Positions 1-10,900 are shown, counted from the stretch's first letter. The stretch is 64,000 bases of DNA from an uncultured Chlamydiae bacterium (GCA_963713615.1 CAVQMM010000001.1:64001-128000); one strand, 5' to 3'. Notes: generated by a model not told the origin, from the sequence alone. A program made the numbers and translations.

Positions 1-1
1 T

Positions 2-3000
2 GACTATGGCTTGAAGGCGCCCTATTCAGATGAGGTGGGTCAGATGCTGCGTCAGGCCATAGCAAATGTTTACGACGTTGACCCCTCGGTATTTGAAGAA
101 GAGCCTGCTTTAGAGCGTTTTATCTTGGCTAATCGACTCCACGACAGCAACTTTGAGATGCGCTTGGGTCGTTTTTCTACTCCACAAATCTATTTAAAGG
201 GGCAGTGGCGAGCTTGGAAAGATCTGATAGGTAGTATTCCTATGGATGCCGAGAGGGGCAAGCTAAAAGCATATACGTTTACCCCGGAGGGATTCATAAA
301 GGTTAACGAGGAGCCAAAGAAGGTCTCTAAGAAGACTGAGGAATCGAAGAAGGCCGAAGAGAAAGAGACAGTTCCCCCTCCCAGAGATAAGCCTCAGCAG
401 AAGCAGAGTGTAACAAAAACTGCTGATGAGACTACGCAGCAGGTTCCCAATCGAAATGTCGCTCACGATGATCTAAGGCGCTTTATCGTCGAGTCCAAGG
501 CCATCCCTATTGATGACAGGCTGCTTTTTCATATTTTAACTGATGTGTATGGCCGTGGTTTGGATCTCGAAGGAGGATTTCCACCCACATTTCTGCGCTA
601 TGTTCAGGCAGTGTTGGAACAAAGAAAGCAGTTTTCTCATGCTCAAGAGGCCAAGGTTCTCAATGATGTTCTTGAGATGTTTCCGGCAGCTATTGAACTC
701 ACACAATTGCTTTATGCTCGGCAGGATCCGGAAAAATTGCAGGCATGCTTGAAAGGCTATCTGAGCAGGCTAAGCAAAGGACAAGCGCTGTTTTTTTTCG
801 GAGGGTGGAAGGGGCATGCCGTCGTTTATGAAATGCTTAAGCAAACGAATGGAAAATTTCGTTTTCGTGTCTTTAATACTGGTGAAGGCATTGAATACCA
901 CCAACGCTTTACTGTAGGGACGCAAGAACTTGTTATTCCTTATTACGAATTGGTGGATATCTCTGAGACTAGACTCTCGCACATCGTCTTTTTGAAGGCT
1001 TTGCAGGAGCTATACACACCGGATGTCTCTCCTGTCATGGGTCCCTCGGACCTATATGGCGCTATCTTGCCCATATTAAAAGGTGAAGTTAGCAAGGCAA
1101 CAGTGAGCCAGGCTCATCTTCAACGTGCGCAGCGGTCAGGGACCTGTGCCTACGCATCCTTGATGGCATACCTTACCGAAGTGATGGGTAATCGTTACGG
1201 AGGGACACGTTTAAGCCTTGAAATTCAGACAAAAGCTATCCACAACTATTTTCGGGAGCATCACACTCGCTTAGCAAAGGATCCAAAGGCTAGGAAATTA
1301 CTGCAAAAGGCTGCGACAGCTTATGCAGTGGCGAGTGAAAGGGCCTATCAAGAAGGAGAGATCACTGCGGAGGAGCTGCAGTTATCCGCCGAGTTAGCGC
1401 AACATCTTGATGAGGCGATACTTGAGGTCCGCCAAACTGCCAAGAAGGAGGCTGCATCAGCGGCGCCACAGGTGGTTGCGAATGCACGTCTTGACAAGCC
1501 GGTGGCCCTCGAAGCCGTCTTGGTATCCCCTTCGGTCACCGCTCGTGATCAGCTCATTCAAAAGTTCAACAAGCCTACTGTAGTCCCCACGACATCAATA
1601 GATGAGCTCGCTGTGTCTTCCGATCTGGCCTTGTGTGCCCAGCGTTTACATTTAGCCAACGACCAAGAGCAGGTGGATAGTGTCATTACTGCTGTACAGC
1701 TTTTGGCGGTAGAGCTTTCGCTCGATGCTACGCATGCCATGTGGAGTACAGTTACCAGCGACAATCTTGAAGAGACTCTGGCCAATTTAGTTGAAATCGG
1801 CCGACAATACCTACGAGCCCATATTATGCGAGGGTTTTTGCATACGCATTCTAAGGCTGGTGTCTCGATTTCGGAATATCTGGCTCTGATTAAGTTGCAG
1901 GCTGTCGCTGAGAGCTTAGTTCGCCACAAGCAGCCGCAGGTGGGAAGTACGCTGCCAAACTTACGTCCATTTGCGCTTAACATCTGGATTCGGCCTGACC
2001 GGCTGGGCAATGCCTACTATGCCACTTTTGATCCGGTATGGGACGATCAGATCAGGCAGTTGGCGACATTTTGGGATTCAGAAGCCAAGGACTTCTTCGG
2101 CTTCTATAGATATATGGCAGGTCATCAATCGGGCCATGTTAAGCATGTCGTCGAAGACCACTACGATGGTAGCTCCAATAAAAAGCACATTAATGCTTGG
2201 GATGCAGACTTGCATTGGGGTGATGTTCAGTGGGCTACAGACTGGGTTCAACGAAAGGATGTGCGCTCTACCATCAAGAAACAGTACCCTGAGATGGCGC
2301 TGAAGAGCCCTACCTATCAAGCGATGATGGCTTTATCCGATGCCGGTCATAAAGACCTTCTTCCCGCCGCATTTTTTGCTTTGCGAGATCTGGCTTTCTA
2401 TGCCGACTACCTCACTGGGGGACCTATATCGGCAGAGTCAGGGGTAAAGCTTAGCGACTTTGACTTCGTTAAGGGCCTCGAATTTCATGCGCAACGCAAG
2501 CAAGTGTCTGAAATCTATTCTGAACCTATCTGGAAAGCCCACTACCAGGTCTTCGGTGGTTGGAGTCGTAAAGGTGGATTGTGGAAAGAGATTCCCAATC
2601 TTAGAAACGGGATCGTGAAGGATACTCGAGATATTTGGGAGCCTCCTTATCGGTTTATGCAAGAGAAGGTTCTTGGAGGACTCCTTAGAGGCGAACGGCG
2701 TTGGATTCTTGGGCCTCTCCAAGAATATGCGGCCAATCCTCAGGATGTGACGGGTTTTGCAGATATCAGACTTAAGGCGCTTGACGAACTACTGGCCGAG
2801 AATCCCTTGGACAGTTTGCGTCAGCATCATGCCCTAACCAGTGTTCCTAGCCTGCAAGCTGTTGAGGTCCTCGGAACCTATCTATCATCGTCGCATCTTC
2901 TTACTAGCCAGGAACACCGGCAGACCTTTTTGAGGCTGATCTTTAGCCCAGATCTCTTTGCATTTTTGGACAAGGATCCAAGAAGGGCCTCTGAATTTGC

Positions 3001-6000
3001 CCAGCAGGCGATCACCTTGACAATCGAGCAATTTTGCAATTATAGAGACCTTGGAGATGCCCCTACGGCATTTTTCTTTTTAGAGGCCGCACGACTATTC
3101 CAGGATTACTTCAGCTTTTACGAACAAAGTGCAGGTAAGGATCTAGAGTTATCCTACAGTAACTTGAGGCAAGAGCTGCGAGACATAATCAAGTCATCCA
3201 AGGTAGAGGAAAAATACATTCATCAAGCCTACTTGGTGTTTGCTAGAACCTATTTATACCAGGATCCAAGCAAGCTTACACGTGAGGGCCTCATTGAGCT
3301 TCTTGAAGCAGTTATCCGCGCTAAAGAGAGTAAGGGGCTCGATCGTAGGGCTCGACAAGACCTTCAAGACGTCTTATTTCGTCATCGCCACATCATCAGA
3401 TTTCAACTTAGCTCGCTAGAACGAGACGAAATTCTAAACGCCGTTGTACAGGCAATTCATCCGACTATCAGTATCACTTGGGATACCTCTGCAAGCTTTC
3501 CTGTCTATTCTGGAGGCGGTGAAAAGCCCGTCTTGTTCGATGTGCTTGAGGGAAGCCTGGTCATTCCAGGCACGGTGACCAAATTGCCTGAAGTGATCAG
3601 GCTATCAGGTCCTTTTAAGAGCCTATTTCCAAAGGATTTCAACCCACAGGTGTATCAGTCCAGTGTGGATCTATTGGAGTTCCTAGGACCCGATGGCCGG
3701 TCCTATTTTGTTCGAAAGGGCTCTACAGGGGGATGGAATGGCGCTGTCGAATGGCTTTGTGAGTTCGATGAGGGGCTATTTCGATTGCAGAATAGTCAGA
3801 CCGTTGCTAACAGCGTCCCACAACCTAGCCTGGCGACGACCAGTCACATTTGGTATCGCAAACAACCCATGCAGGAAGTGCTCTTTGTAAACCGTAAATC
3901 GGGCAAGCCACACTATGTGTCTACCGGTGACCTTCGTGAGATTCATCGAGCCAGTGATCAAGGGCAAGCGCTGAATGAGGTTCTGTACCAAGTCAAGGGG
4001 CAGGGACCGGCATTTCGCTTTTTATCTAATCTCGAAGATGATTCCCAGATTCTCCTGTGGAGTCATCCGAACGATGGAAAGGTGACAGCTGAACTGCCGC
4101 GGTTGGGGTTAACGTTACAAACCGATAAGGAGTTAGGGTGGGTAGTCGATCAATTTCCAGGCTATCGCCTAAGCAGCCATCAATATGCTGCACAACTAGG
4201 AGATGCCAGTCACTATCTTGTATTGGAAAAAAGTACGGCGCCATCCGAGCGCATTGTGGTCATGCCACTTCAAAAACTGCAACCCATCCAGGGAGGAAGT
4301 GGGCTTGTTCCAGCAGTCATTCCTGTAAGGGATCTTAAGCATAGAAAGACAAAGACATTTCCTCTGGTCATTTTCGACTTACAGGAGGATAGACTGCTCC
4401 CTAGGAATCTGGAGGCACGTTTTTATCTCACTAAGCTCCTGCTGTGGCAGCATGACTATGAACTAGCTGCTGAGGCCCTTAGAGGGACAGGACCCTTGTT
4501 GCGTTCCCTCACTGTAGATGAAGCAATGCTATTGGAAGAAATTTGCGCTATTCAAGCTGAAAACGGTGATGGTGACCCGCGCTCGAGGGCGGTTTGTTTA
4601 TTGGCCCATTACCTACGTATGCGGGTGCATGTCGATTTTCCTAATCATCATAGCTGTCCCAACGCAGAAACCCTATACTTAAGCCATTTACAAGATGCCG
4701 GTTGGGTAGGTGATTATCTATTGCATCCTGAAGAAGAACTTTTCTTAGCCAAGATCGTAGCGTCATCTGCAACTCCGATTTCGCTCAACCTCATCCTGGA
4801 ACGCATCGAGCAGTTAGAGACGCACATAAAGAACGGGCAACCGATTGTTGAGGGAAAGAGCGATTTACCCGCTGTGGCTATTCCGACAGCGGAGCGTTGT
4901 CAGGCGAATGCACCTCAGTTCAATGACTTCCACGGCATTGCATGGAGCCCGCAAAAGCAGGGAACTTTGGATCTTTCCCGAATTATGCTTCGACCAGACC
5001 TCAAAGATGATTTTGGAATGCTTTATCGGGCAGCTAGGATGGAGGGTGGACTTCCCCTTCTAAGAAAAGCTATCTGGAGGCTTACCGGACTCCCTAGAGA
5101 GCATTCAGTTAAACAATCCAATTGGTGGAGTCTCGAAATTCCGGAAAATATGAGTGGCATATTAGGAACTACCAAGGAGGAATTGCTGGAGAGTTGGTTG
5201 TTAGCCGTTGGGGCAGGCTTCAACGGGAAAGATGCGGCCCTTATGCGGGTTCTTTGGGCGGTGACTCTTAATCCCGACCGTTTTCCGGCGTTTAGCGAGC
5301 TTGAAAACAATGCTGATGAAGCCAAGCGCAAGCAGGTCATAGAGAAGGCTCTCTCCGGTGTGGCGCAGTCATTCCATGACTGCGAATCAGAGCAACAATC
5401 TGTGCTGGAAACCTCTAGGGAGTGCCCGGTACGGTCTCCAGGGACTTATGACAATGACCCAACCTTTAATCAATGCATTCTACCGACAGAGGTTGGTAGC
5501 CAACCGATCGTCGCGCATGTCGAGGACTATGTGGTGGCATTGCCCTTAAGTAATCAGGAGCAGCATGAGATTTGTGATGCTACACAAAGACTGAAAGACC
5601 TTTTTGACTTTCACGATCATGACGGAGTACCCGAATTTGCCAGTCGGAATCTGCAGCGTGGCATCAGTGATTTTGGTGCCAAGGTTGAAGGAGAAGGCAA
5701 AAATTACCAAGTCATGGGCTTGAGTAAGCTCAAAGAGTTGAAGAAGGAGCTCGTCGAACGCATTAGCAAGATTCGCGAGGAGCTTGATCGAAAGAGAACC
5801 GAGATAGAGGAAATCCTCGCCCTGCTTCCTGCCGAAGAAAACATGGGTGCCTATGAGCAGCTCCGTCGCACAGGAGGTCTAGAACGACTTTTTAGCCTAG
5901 ATGACGTTGCTAGACTATATGCAACACAGGATGTGGAATTGATTCATAGGCTTCACCCGGGCTTAAGTTTGGAAGGGATTGCTGATCTCTTTAGCAAGAT

Positions 6001-9000
6001 GGGAGCTTATATGCTTGATACCGTCGATGAGCAGCATTTACTGCGAGTCGTCGCTGTTATAGAACGCTGTCAATTACAAATCAGAGCACTTTGCTCCTGG
6101 GTAGAGATGGCACAAACCGCAGCGGAACTGTATCTAGAATTGAGTAGTCGGCGCGCCTATGATCTCGGTAAACACCCTGAGTACTTATCTTTCGAATATT
6201 TTATGCAGATTCTCTTGCGTCCGGAGCAGCTCGCTATTTTGGAACAATTGCAAATTCAAGACGGCAAGATAGGCGCACCAGAACACCTCGGCAGCGTCAT
6301 GGAGATGATTATGGCGGCCGGCAAAACTTCCGTTTTGTTACCTCTCCTGGGGCAGCTGATTGCGGATGGACAAAGGCTCGCTCTGATTGTTATGCCCGAG
6401 ACACTACTGCCCTCGATGTCTGATGGCTTGCAGCAAACCGCCGCGAAGAGTTTTGGTCAGGATGTCGAGGTGCTGCATATAGACCGTGCGATAGGACACA
6501 GCGAGACACAGCTGCAGCACCTTCTGGAAAAGTTGCAGGATGCCAGAACCAATCGACGAATGATTTTAACAACCAATAGCAGCATTCAAAGTCTGTTCCT
6601 TAACTTTATCTTACAGCTTCGGCAGTATGACGAGTTAGTTGAAGCCGGTTTTGATGGTAATGAGACCGCGCAGTCAGAAACCTCTATTCAGCAGTATCAG
6701 GAGATCTTTCGCTTTCTAAGAACCTACGCCACAGCAGTAGTAGACGAGATTGATACGATCATGGATGTACTCAAAGCACATTATTATGCTTTGGGAGAAA
6801 GGCGAGGGGTTCATCCAGATGTTCGAGCTGCAGTGGTAGGGCTTTATGAGCTGATGCTAGACGATACCGTCAGGAGCACCGGGATTAACATACCCTTTTT
6901 ACCACAGACAGGTCAGGCCCCTTTTACCGCTGAGAGCTATGCATTCGTTTTTAAGAAAAGCCTCATTGATGCCGTTCTAGAGGGCAAATACCTGGTGAGT
7001 TCCGGTCCTTTTACTCGGTTTATGAATTTACTGAATAAAGCATCATGGGCAGACTTGCAGCCAGAGCTGAAGTGTAAGTGGCAGAGCACTTATAGCCCAA
7101 GAGCGCTTCTTGAAGCATATCTAGCTAATGAAGGCAATTCCGAAGCCTGGGCCTTCGTGGAGCAGATCAAAAATATTCAGGTGAGAAACATCTTGGCAGT
7201 ACTTCAAGAAGAACTGACGATCGTTCTTCCTCTTACCGCCCCGAAGCTACTGCATACACATTATGGTCCAGGGATCGCCTCGTGGGCAGTACCCTATCAC
7301 CTGGGCAGTCACGTCTCTAAGGCAGAATTTGGTACCGAACTGGAGGTACTCAACTACACGTTGCAAATGTTTTTGGAGATGGGCGTTTCAGCAGAGATAC
7401 TGAAGCAAGAGGTCGTGCGGCTCAAAGCCTTGGTTCAGAACAATGCCACTAGAGCCGAAGCCATTGAGCAGTTTCAAGAACTCGTTGGCAATCACAGCAT
7501 CACATTGCTATCTATCCAGGAAAGCGATTACGACGTTATGGCCGCGCACATTCGCGCCAAGCCCAAGGTTCTTTTACGTTTAGCTGAGACGTTTGCTTTA
7601 CCTAGAATAGGCACTTTCTCGAAACAGATAAGTACTAATGCGCAGATCTATGCGTTTTTATTCCACGTTGTGCACGGTTTTAGTGGAACGTTGTGGAACG
7701 TCGACACCTTCCCACGCACCTTTAAAGCGCCATCGCTATCAGATACGCAAGAGCGTACCCTTCATGTTCTTTGGCAAACCACTCCACAACATATTGACTT
7801 GGTGGAGGAAACAGCCGACGTAACGAAGATGGTAGGCCTAATCATGTCTCCAACCGACGGCAAAGCAGAGGCTCTCATTGATGCTGCCGGCCTGTTCCGC
7901 GGAATGGACAACTTCAAAGTTGCTCAAGCGATGCTGGAGCTTCGTCCGGAGACAAGAATTCAAGGAGTCATCTATTACAATCAAATGGGCGATCTTATGG
8001 TCGCGGAAAAGGCAGTACTGAATCCCGTGTCGTTGGCGATGAGCCGTTTATCCAAAGACCAGCTACTGGCTTTTTGGGATCAGGCGCACACTACAGGCTC
8101 GGATGTAAGACTGGGAGGTCAGACGAAGGCCGTTGTGACTGTTGGACGGCACACTATCTTAAGAGATTTGCTTCAGGCAGTCTGGCGTCTTCGCTCTTTG
8201 GGTAACGGCCAATCCGTACGAATAGTCGTTCCCAGTAACGACGCTAAGGTCATTGCTGAGGCTTTGAGCCGTATTCTAGGAAAACCTGTGAGTACTGCGC
8301 TTCAATTGGGGCACATCCTACAGTATACCTTCTATAACCAGGTGTTGAAGTTGAGTGACCACTGTCGTCGCGGTGTCAAGCACCAGATGCAGAGCGTTCT
8401 TATCCGAGACATTTTCGCACAGCTAATCGATGAATCCTCGACACCATCTGCGGTTATCGGTATCTATCGGCAGGCTAAAAATTTATTCGAACAGGATTTG
8501 CACGAACAAGCACATGAGGTATATGGCAAGCCTAGCGGTGAACAGCCTAGTGACATAGTCCTAGCCAGTGAACTAGACGCTTTGCTTGCGAGTCCAGCGG
8601 CAGCGGCTATTCCGCACCAAGAACTTTTAAGTTCTAAACTGAATGAGATTCTGGCCAATATGTTGCCTCTGGTCCCTCGGAACATACGTGTTGAAGAGCG
8701 TTATCAGCGTGAGGTAGCTGTCGAGATGGAAATAGATACCAATCAACAGCAAGACCAGCAGCAGGAGGAACAGCAAAAGCTGCAAAATCTCAAAGTAGGC
8801 GATTTCGGTAAAATGTGGCCTCAAGATCCCTGGAATGCACAAGAATTATTTAGCCTTAAACATTATCGGTCGCTTGCTAAGGGGGCTTCGGGGTTGAAGG
8901 TGCGTTCTCTGAAAGACTGTTTGAAAGTTGCCAAGTCTCCCGCGCAGGCAGTTGCCTTTGCTGACGAGTTGTTAACCACTTCGAATCTGCATCAGACCAC

Positions 9001-9517
9001 CTGGTTTAAAAAGAATCCGGAATTGTACGCGCCTTTTGGATGGTTTCAAGAGGAAGTATCGCAAGTCTTGGTCGTTCAGGATAAATCGACACAAGCCTTG
9101 GCGATGGTACTGATGACACATTATGATGCCCAGATGGTGGAGGAACTTATTGTGGCCGAGCGCAAAGCTCCGGGATCCAAACAGGCGAAGGAAGTGTGTT
9201 TGGCTCTTTATAACCTGGACACAGGTATAGCGCTTTATGGAAGTGAAGGCGTGACTTCAGAAGTGTTCGAGAGCGAAGCCTTCTTACGGCTTAAGGTTCA
9301 GGCTAAGTTTTATCGTGGTGATATGGCCTACAGTAAGCTTGAGAGAATTATATTAGAACAGTGGTTAGCAGAAAGTGGTGATCCACAGGCGATTTATGAC
9401 GCTTTTCATCACACAATGTTGAAGTGGAAGCCTGCCAAGAGACAGTTATTTAAAGGGGGCGTTCTTGATCGCGTTTTTAAGTGGCTAGGCGTTAATAGCG
9501 ACAGTCGTACAACGTGA
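2..9517 (+). CDS. Giant (>3168 aa) DUF3638/DUF3645-like protein: N-terminal His-Asn-Gln-Cys protease-like region, C-terminal SF2 helicase-like P-loop region; probably 5'-truncated by the window edge
   Basis: Frame has no stop between position 2 and the TTG at 11. Motifs GGWKGHAVVY, FNTGEGIEYH, QRSGTC; then LRPEQ, MEMIMAAGKTSVLLPLL, VVDEID, GFSGTL, LIDAAG, DQAHTTGSD, QAVWRLR. Confidence 0.8.
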   Translation, partial: DYGLKAPYSDEVGQMLRQAIANVYDVDPSVFEEEPALERFILANRLHDSNFEMRLGRFSTPQIYLKGQWRAWKDLIGSIPMDAERGKLKAYTFTPEGFIKVNEEPKKVSKKTEESKKAEEKETVPPPRDKPQQKQSVTKTADETTQQVPNRNVAHDDLRRFIVESKAIPIDDRLLFHILTDVYGRGLDLEGGFPPTFLRYVQAVLEQRKQFSHAQEAKVLNDVLEMFPAAIELTQLLYARQDPEKLQACLKGYLSRLSKGQALFFFGGWKGHAVVYEMLKQTNGKFRFRVFNTGEGIEYHQRFTVGTQELVIPYYELVDISETRLSHIVFLKALQELYTPDVSPVMGPSDLYGAILPILKGEVSKATVSQAHLQRAQRSGTCAYASLMAYLTEVMGNRYGGTRLSLEIQTKAIHNYFREHHTRLAKDPKARKLLQKAATAYAVASERAYQEGEITAEELQLSAELAQHLDEAILEVRQTAKKEAASAAPQVVANARLDKPVALEAVLVSPSVTARDQLIQKFNKPTVVPTTSIDELAVSSDLALCAQRLHLANDQEQVDSVITAVQLLAVELSLDATHAMWSTVTSDNLEETLANLVEIGRQYLRAHIMRGFLHTHSKAGVSISEYLALIKLQAVAESLVRHKQPQVGSTLPNLRPFALNIWIRPDRLGNAYYATFDPVWDDQIRQLATFWDSEAKDFFGFYRYMAGHQSGHVKHVVEDHYDGSSNKKHINAWDADLHWGDVQWATDWVQRKDVRSTIKKQYPEMALKSPTYQAMMALSDAGHKDLLPAAFFALRDLAFYADYLTGGPISAESGVKLSDFDFVKGLEFHAQRKQVSEIYSEPIWKAHYQVFGGWSRKGGLWKEIPNLRNGIVKDTRDIWEPPYRFMQEKVLGGLLRGERRWILGPLQEYAANPQDVTGFADIRLKALDELLAENPLDSLRQHHALTSVPSLQAVEVLGTYLSSSHLLTSQEHRQTFLRLIFSPDLFAFLDKDPRRASEFAQQAITLTIEQFCNYRDLGDAPTAFFFLEAARLFQDYFSFYEQSAGKDLELSYSNLRQELRDIIKSSKVEEKYIHQAYLVFARTYLYQDPSKLTREGLIELLEAVIRAKESKGLDRRARQDLQDVLFRHRHIIRFQLSSLERDEILNAVVQAIHPTISITWDTSASFPVYSGGGEKPVLFDVLEGSLVIPGTVTKLPEVIRLSGPFKSLFPKDFNPQVYQSSVDLLEFLGPDGRSYFVRKGSTGGWNGAVEWLCEFDEGLFRLQNSQTVANSVPQPSLATTSHIWYRKQPMQEVLFVNRKSGKPHYVSTGDLREIHRASDQGQALNEVLYQVKGQGPAFRFLSNLEDDSQILLWSHPNDGKVTAELPRLGLTLQTDKELGWVVDQFPGYRLSSHQYAAQLGDASHYLVLEKSTAPSERIVVMPLQKLQPIQGGSGLVPAVIPVRDLKHRKTKTFPLVIFDLQEDRLLPRNLEARFYLTKLLLWQHDYELAAEALRGTGPLLRSLTVDEAMLLEEICAIQAENGDGDPRSRAVCLLAHYLRMRVHVDFPNHHSCPNAETLYLSHLQDAGWVGDYLLHPEEELFLAKIVASSATPISLNLILERIEQLETHIKNGQPIVEGKSDLPAVAIPTAERCQANAPQFNDFHGIAWSPQKQGTLDLSRIMLRPDLKDDFGMLYRAARMEGGLPLLRKAIWRLTGLPREHSVKQSNWWSLEIPENMSGILGTTKEELLESWLLAVGAGFNGKDAALMRVLWAVTLNPDRFPAFSELENNADEAKRKQVIEKALSGVAQSFHDCESEQQSVLETSRECPVRSPGTYDNDPTFNQCILPTEVGSQPIVAHVEDYVVALPLSNQEQHEICDATQRLKDLFDFHDHDGVPEFASRNLQRGISDFGAKVEGEGKNYQVMGLSKLKELKKELVERISKIREELDRKRTEIEEILALLPAEENMGAYEQLRRTGGLERLFSLDDVARLYATQDVELIHRLHPGLSLEGIADLFSKMGAYMLDTVDEQHLLRVVAVIERCQLQIRALCSWVEMAQTAAELYLELSSRRAYDLGKHPEYLSFEYFMQILLRPEQLAILEQLQIQDGKIGAPEHLGSVMEMIMAAGKTSVLLPLLGQLIADGQRLALIVMPETLLPSMSDGLQQTAAKSFGQDVEVLHIDRAIGHSETQLQHLLEKLQDARTNRRMILTTNSSIQSLFLNFILQLRQYDELVEAGFDGNETAQSETSIQQYQEIFRFLRTYATAVVDEIDTIMDVLKAHYYALGERRGVHPDVRAAVVGLYELMLDDTVRSTGINIPFLPQTGQAPFTAESYAFVFKKSLIDAVLEGKYLVSSGPFTRFMNLLNKASWADLQPELKCKWQSTYSPRALLEAYLANEGNSEAWAFVEQIKNIQVRNILAVLQEELTIVLPLTAPKLLHTHYGPGIASWAVPYHLGSHVSKAEFGTELEVLNYTLQMFLEMGVSAEILKQEVVRLKALVQNNATRAEAIEQFQELVGNHSITLLSIQESDYDVMAAHIRAKPKVLLRLAETFALPRIGTFSKQISTNAQIYAFLFHVVHGFSGTLWNVDTFPRTFKAPSLSDTQERTLHVLWQTTPQHIDLVEETADVTKMVGLIMSPTDGKAEALIDAAGLFRGMDNFKVAQAMLELRPETRIQGVIYYNQMGDLMVAEKAVLNPVSLAMSRLSKDQLLAFWDQAHTTGSDVRLGGQTKAVVTVGRHTILRDLLQAVWRLRSLGNGQSVRIVVPSNDAKVIAEALSRILGKPVSTALQLGHILQYTFYNQVLKLSDHCRRGVKHQMQSVLIRDIFAQLIDESSTPSAVIGIYRQAKNLFEQDLHEQAHEVYGKPSGEQPSDIVLASELDALLASPAAAAIPHQELLSSKLNEILANMLPLVPRNIRVEERYQREVAVEMEIDTNQQQDQQQEEQQKLQNLKVGDFGKMWPQDPWNAQELFSLKHYRSLAKGASGLKVRSLKDCLKVAKSPAQAVAFADELLTTSNLHQTTWFKKNPELYAPFGWFQEEVSQVLVVQDKSTQALAMVLMTHYDAQMVEELIVAERKAPGSKQAKEVCLALYNLDTGIALYGSEGVTSEVFESEAFLRLKVQAKFYRGDMAYSKLERIILEQWLAESGDPQAIYDAFHHTMLKWKPAKRQLFKGGVLDRVFKWLGVNSDSRTT
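5359..5384. repeat. REP-like palindrome inside the giant CDS
   Basis: TGTGGCGCAGTCATTCCATGACTGCG is identical to 17451-17476; its 5' part recurs at about 61138-61157. Confidence 0.75.
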
Positions 9518-9561
9518 AGCAATCGCTTTGGATGGTCCGTAGAACCCTTTGCGCGTATAAA

Positions 9562-9990
9562 TCAAAGGTTCTGATGGAGGTTATTCCTGTTTCTCTGTGG
9601 GCCTTCGCGGGTTTGCGGGCGAATACCCCCTTCGGGTGGCACTGAATCCATAAGATGGTTGAGGTTAAGTCTCATCCTGAGCTGAGTCAGCTTGTCAGAC
9701 GGATGGGTGTAGGGATGGAAACGGTTGGAAGCCGGTGAAGGTTTCTCCTGTAGGCGGCTTGTGGAAACTTGAGGGACTAGGCTATATTTATGATTTTGAG
9801 CCATGGGAGGGCTAGAAGCTATTCCGGTAAGGTGCATTACCGTGCGATCGACCTTATTACCAGGTCTAAAGGGAACTTCAGGCATGCGAGGTAAGGGCAC
9901 CGGTTGGCTTAACGGAGTGTTTGTTTGCTCTTGAAGTGTGGTTAACGTTTTCAAGCAGGACCACTTGTCTCCGAATTGCACGTCTTCCAT
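9562..9990 (-). CDS. Hypothetical Pro/Gln-rich protein
   Basis: 142-aa ATG-started ORF filling the gap, convergent with the giant gene; no family recognised. Confidence 0.5.
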   Translation of the reverse strand: MEDVQFGDKWSCLKTLTTLQEQTNTPLSQPVPLPRMPEVPFRPGNKVDRTVMHLTGIASSPPMAQNHKYSLVPQVSTSRLQEKPSPASNRFHPYTHPSDKLTQLRMRLNLNHLMDSVPPEGGIRPQTREGPQRNRNNLHQNL

Positions 9991-10081
9991 AATACTAGGT
10001 CAATTTATATTGTTCTGTTCGTTCTGAAGTCTACAAATTTAGCAGAATTGTATCAGATGATTGTATAATAGACCAGCGGCT

Positions 10082-10163
10082 AAAATGGACCTTTACAGGA
10101 TGTGCGGGCATACGCATCAACCTAACACAGAAAATCAATCCATATCCTGTTAAAGTCCATTTT
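10082..10163. repeat. Imperfect inverted repeat
   Basis: AAAATGGACCTTTACAGGAT (10082-10101) pairs imperfectly with ATCCTGTTAAAGTCCATTTT (10144-10163). Confidence 0.55.
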
Positions 10164-10229
10164 GAGGTAATTGCAAAATTATTTGAGCCCTTGAGAATCG
10201 ATTCTCGGGAAAAAAGGTTACCTTTTTTT

Positions 10230-10389
10230 GGCCTTATTCACCTTTGCGGTCAGTTTTCGGTCGACTGCAAAAGGATCGTCTGTCGCGTTTTGCTCCTCGG
10301 ACATAGCTGGCGCTATGCCCTCGTCACAAACCACGACATCCGACCTTTTTCGTCCGACCGAAATTCTGACCGTAAAGGTGAACAAGGCC
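10230..10389. mobile_element. 160-bp MITE (family B), copy 1
   Basis: About 35-bp imperfect TIRs beginning GGCCTTATTCACCTTT; 8-bp TSD CTTTTTTT at 10222-10229 and 10390-10397; matches 62984-63143. Confidence 0.9.
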
Positions 10390-10499
10390 CTTTTTTTGAA
10401 GGCGATTCTAGAGAGCTTAAGTGGTATGGCACTATCCAGTCTGGAAAGACAGGCTTTTCTCCCTTCCCAGGCCCGAAGGGTCGATATTGCAACAGGCCA

Positions 10500-10647
10500 T
10501 GGCATCGCCATGGTATATGCCAGGAAGGGATTTCGCAGTCTGAAGGACTGCTACAAGACGCCAGTTTACAAACACCATTTATGCATGCGCTTTATGGCAG
10601 CCCTACAGGCTGCTAAAACCGTTTTGGCATATACCATGGCGATGCCA
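10500..10647. repeat. Family C hairpin unit (148 bp), copy 1
   Basis: 23-bp perfect TIR TGGCATCGCCATGGTATATGCCA; identical to 10957-11104; variant at 46361-46508. Confidence 0.9.
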
Positions 10648-10669
10648 CATAGGCCTCAACCTAAGCCTA

Positions 10670-10900
10670 ACAATCGTATCTCGGCGCGCAGCGCTTTGGA
10701 GTGCGGTCGCTTGCGACCGCTTTGGGTTCCTTGCGACGGTCGTGTGCAACGGCATCACTATAATTCCCTAAGGGTAAAATAGTTAGTACATGCAGCCTTC
10801 GACGAATCCATACAATGCCGTTTAGCATTGCCGTCCCAAGGAACGAAAAGCGGTCGCAAGCGACCGCACTCCAAAGCGCTGCGCGCCGAGATACGATTGT
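10670..10900. repeat. Family D REPIN-like long hairpin (231 bp)
   Basis: 54-bp perfect arms, each containing GGAG-T-GCGGTCGC-TT-GCGACCGC; inverted copy at 46108-46338, variant at 61187-61418. Confidence 0.9.

Noticed and set aside
263..8842. Numerous short antisense or alternate-frame ORFs inside the giant gene and other long CDSs
   Set aside because: Shadow ORFs with no recognisable motifs.
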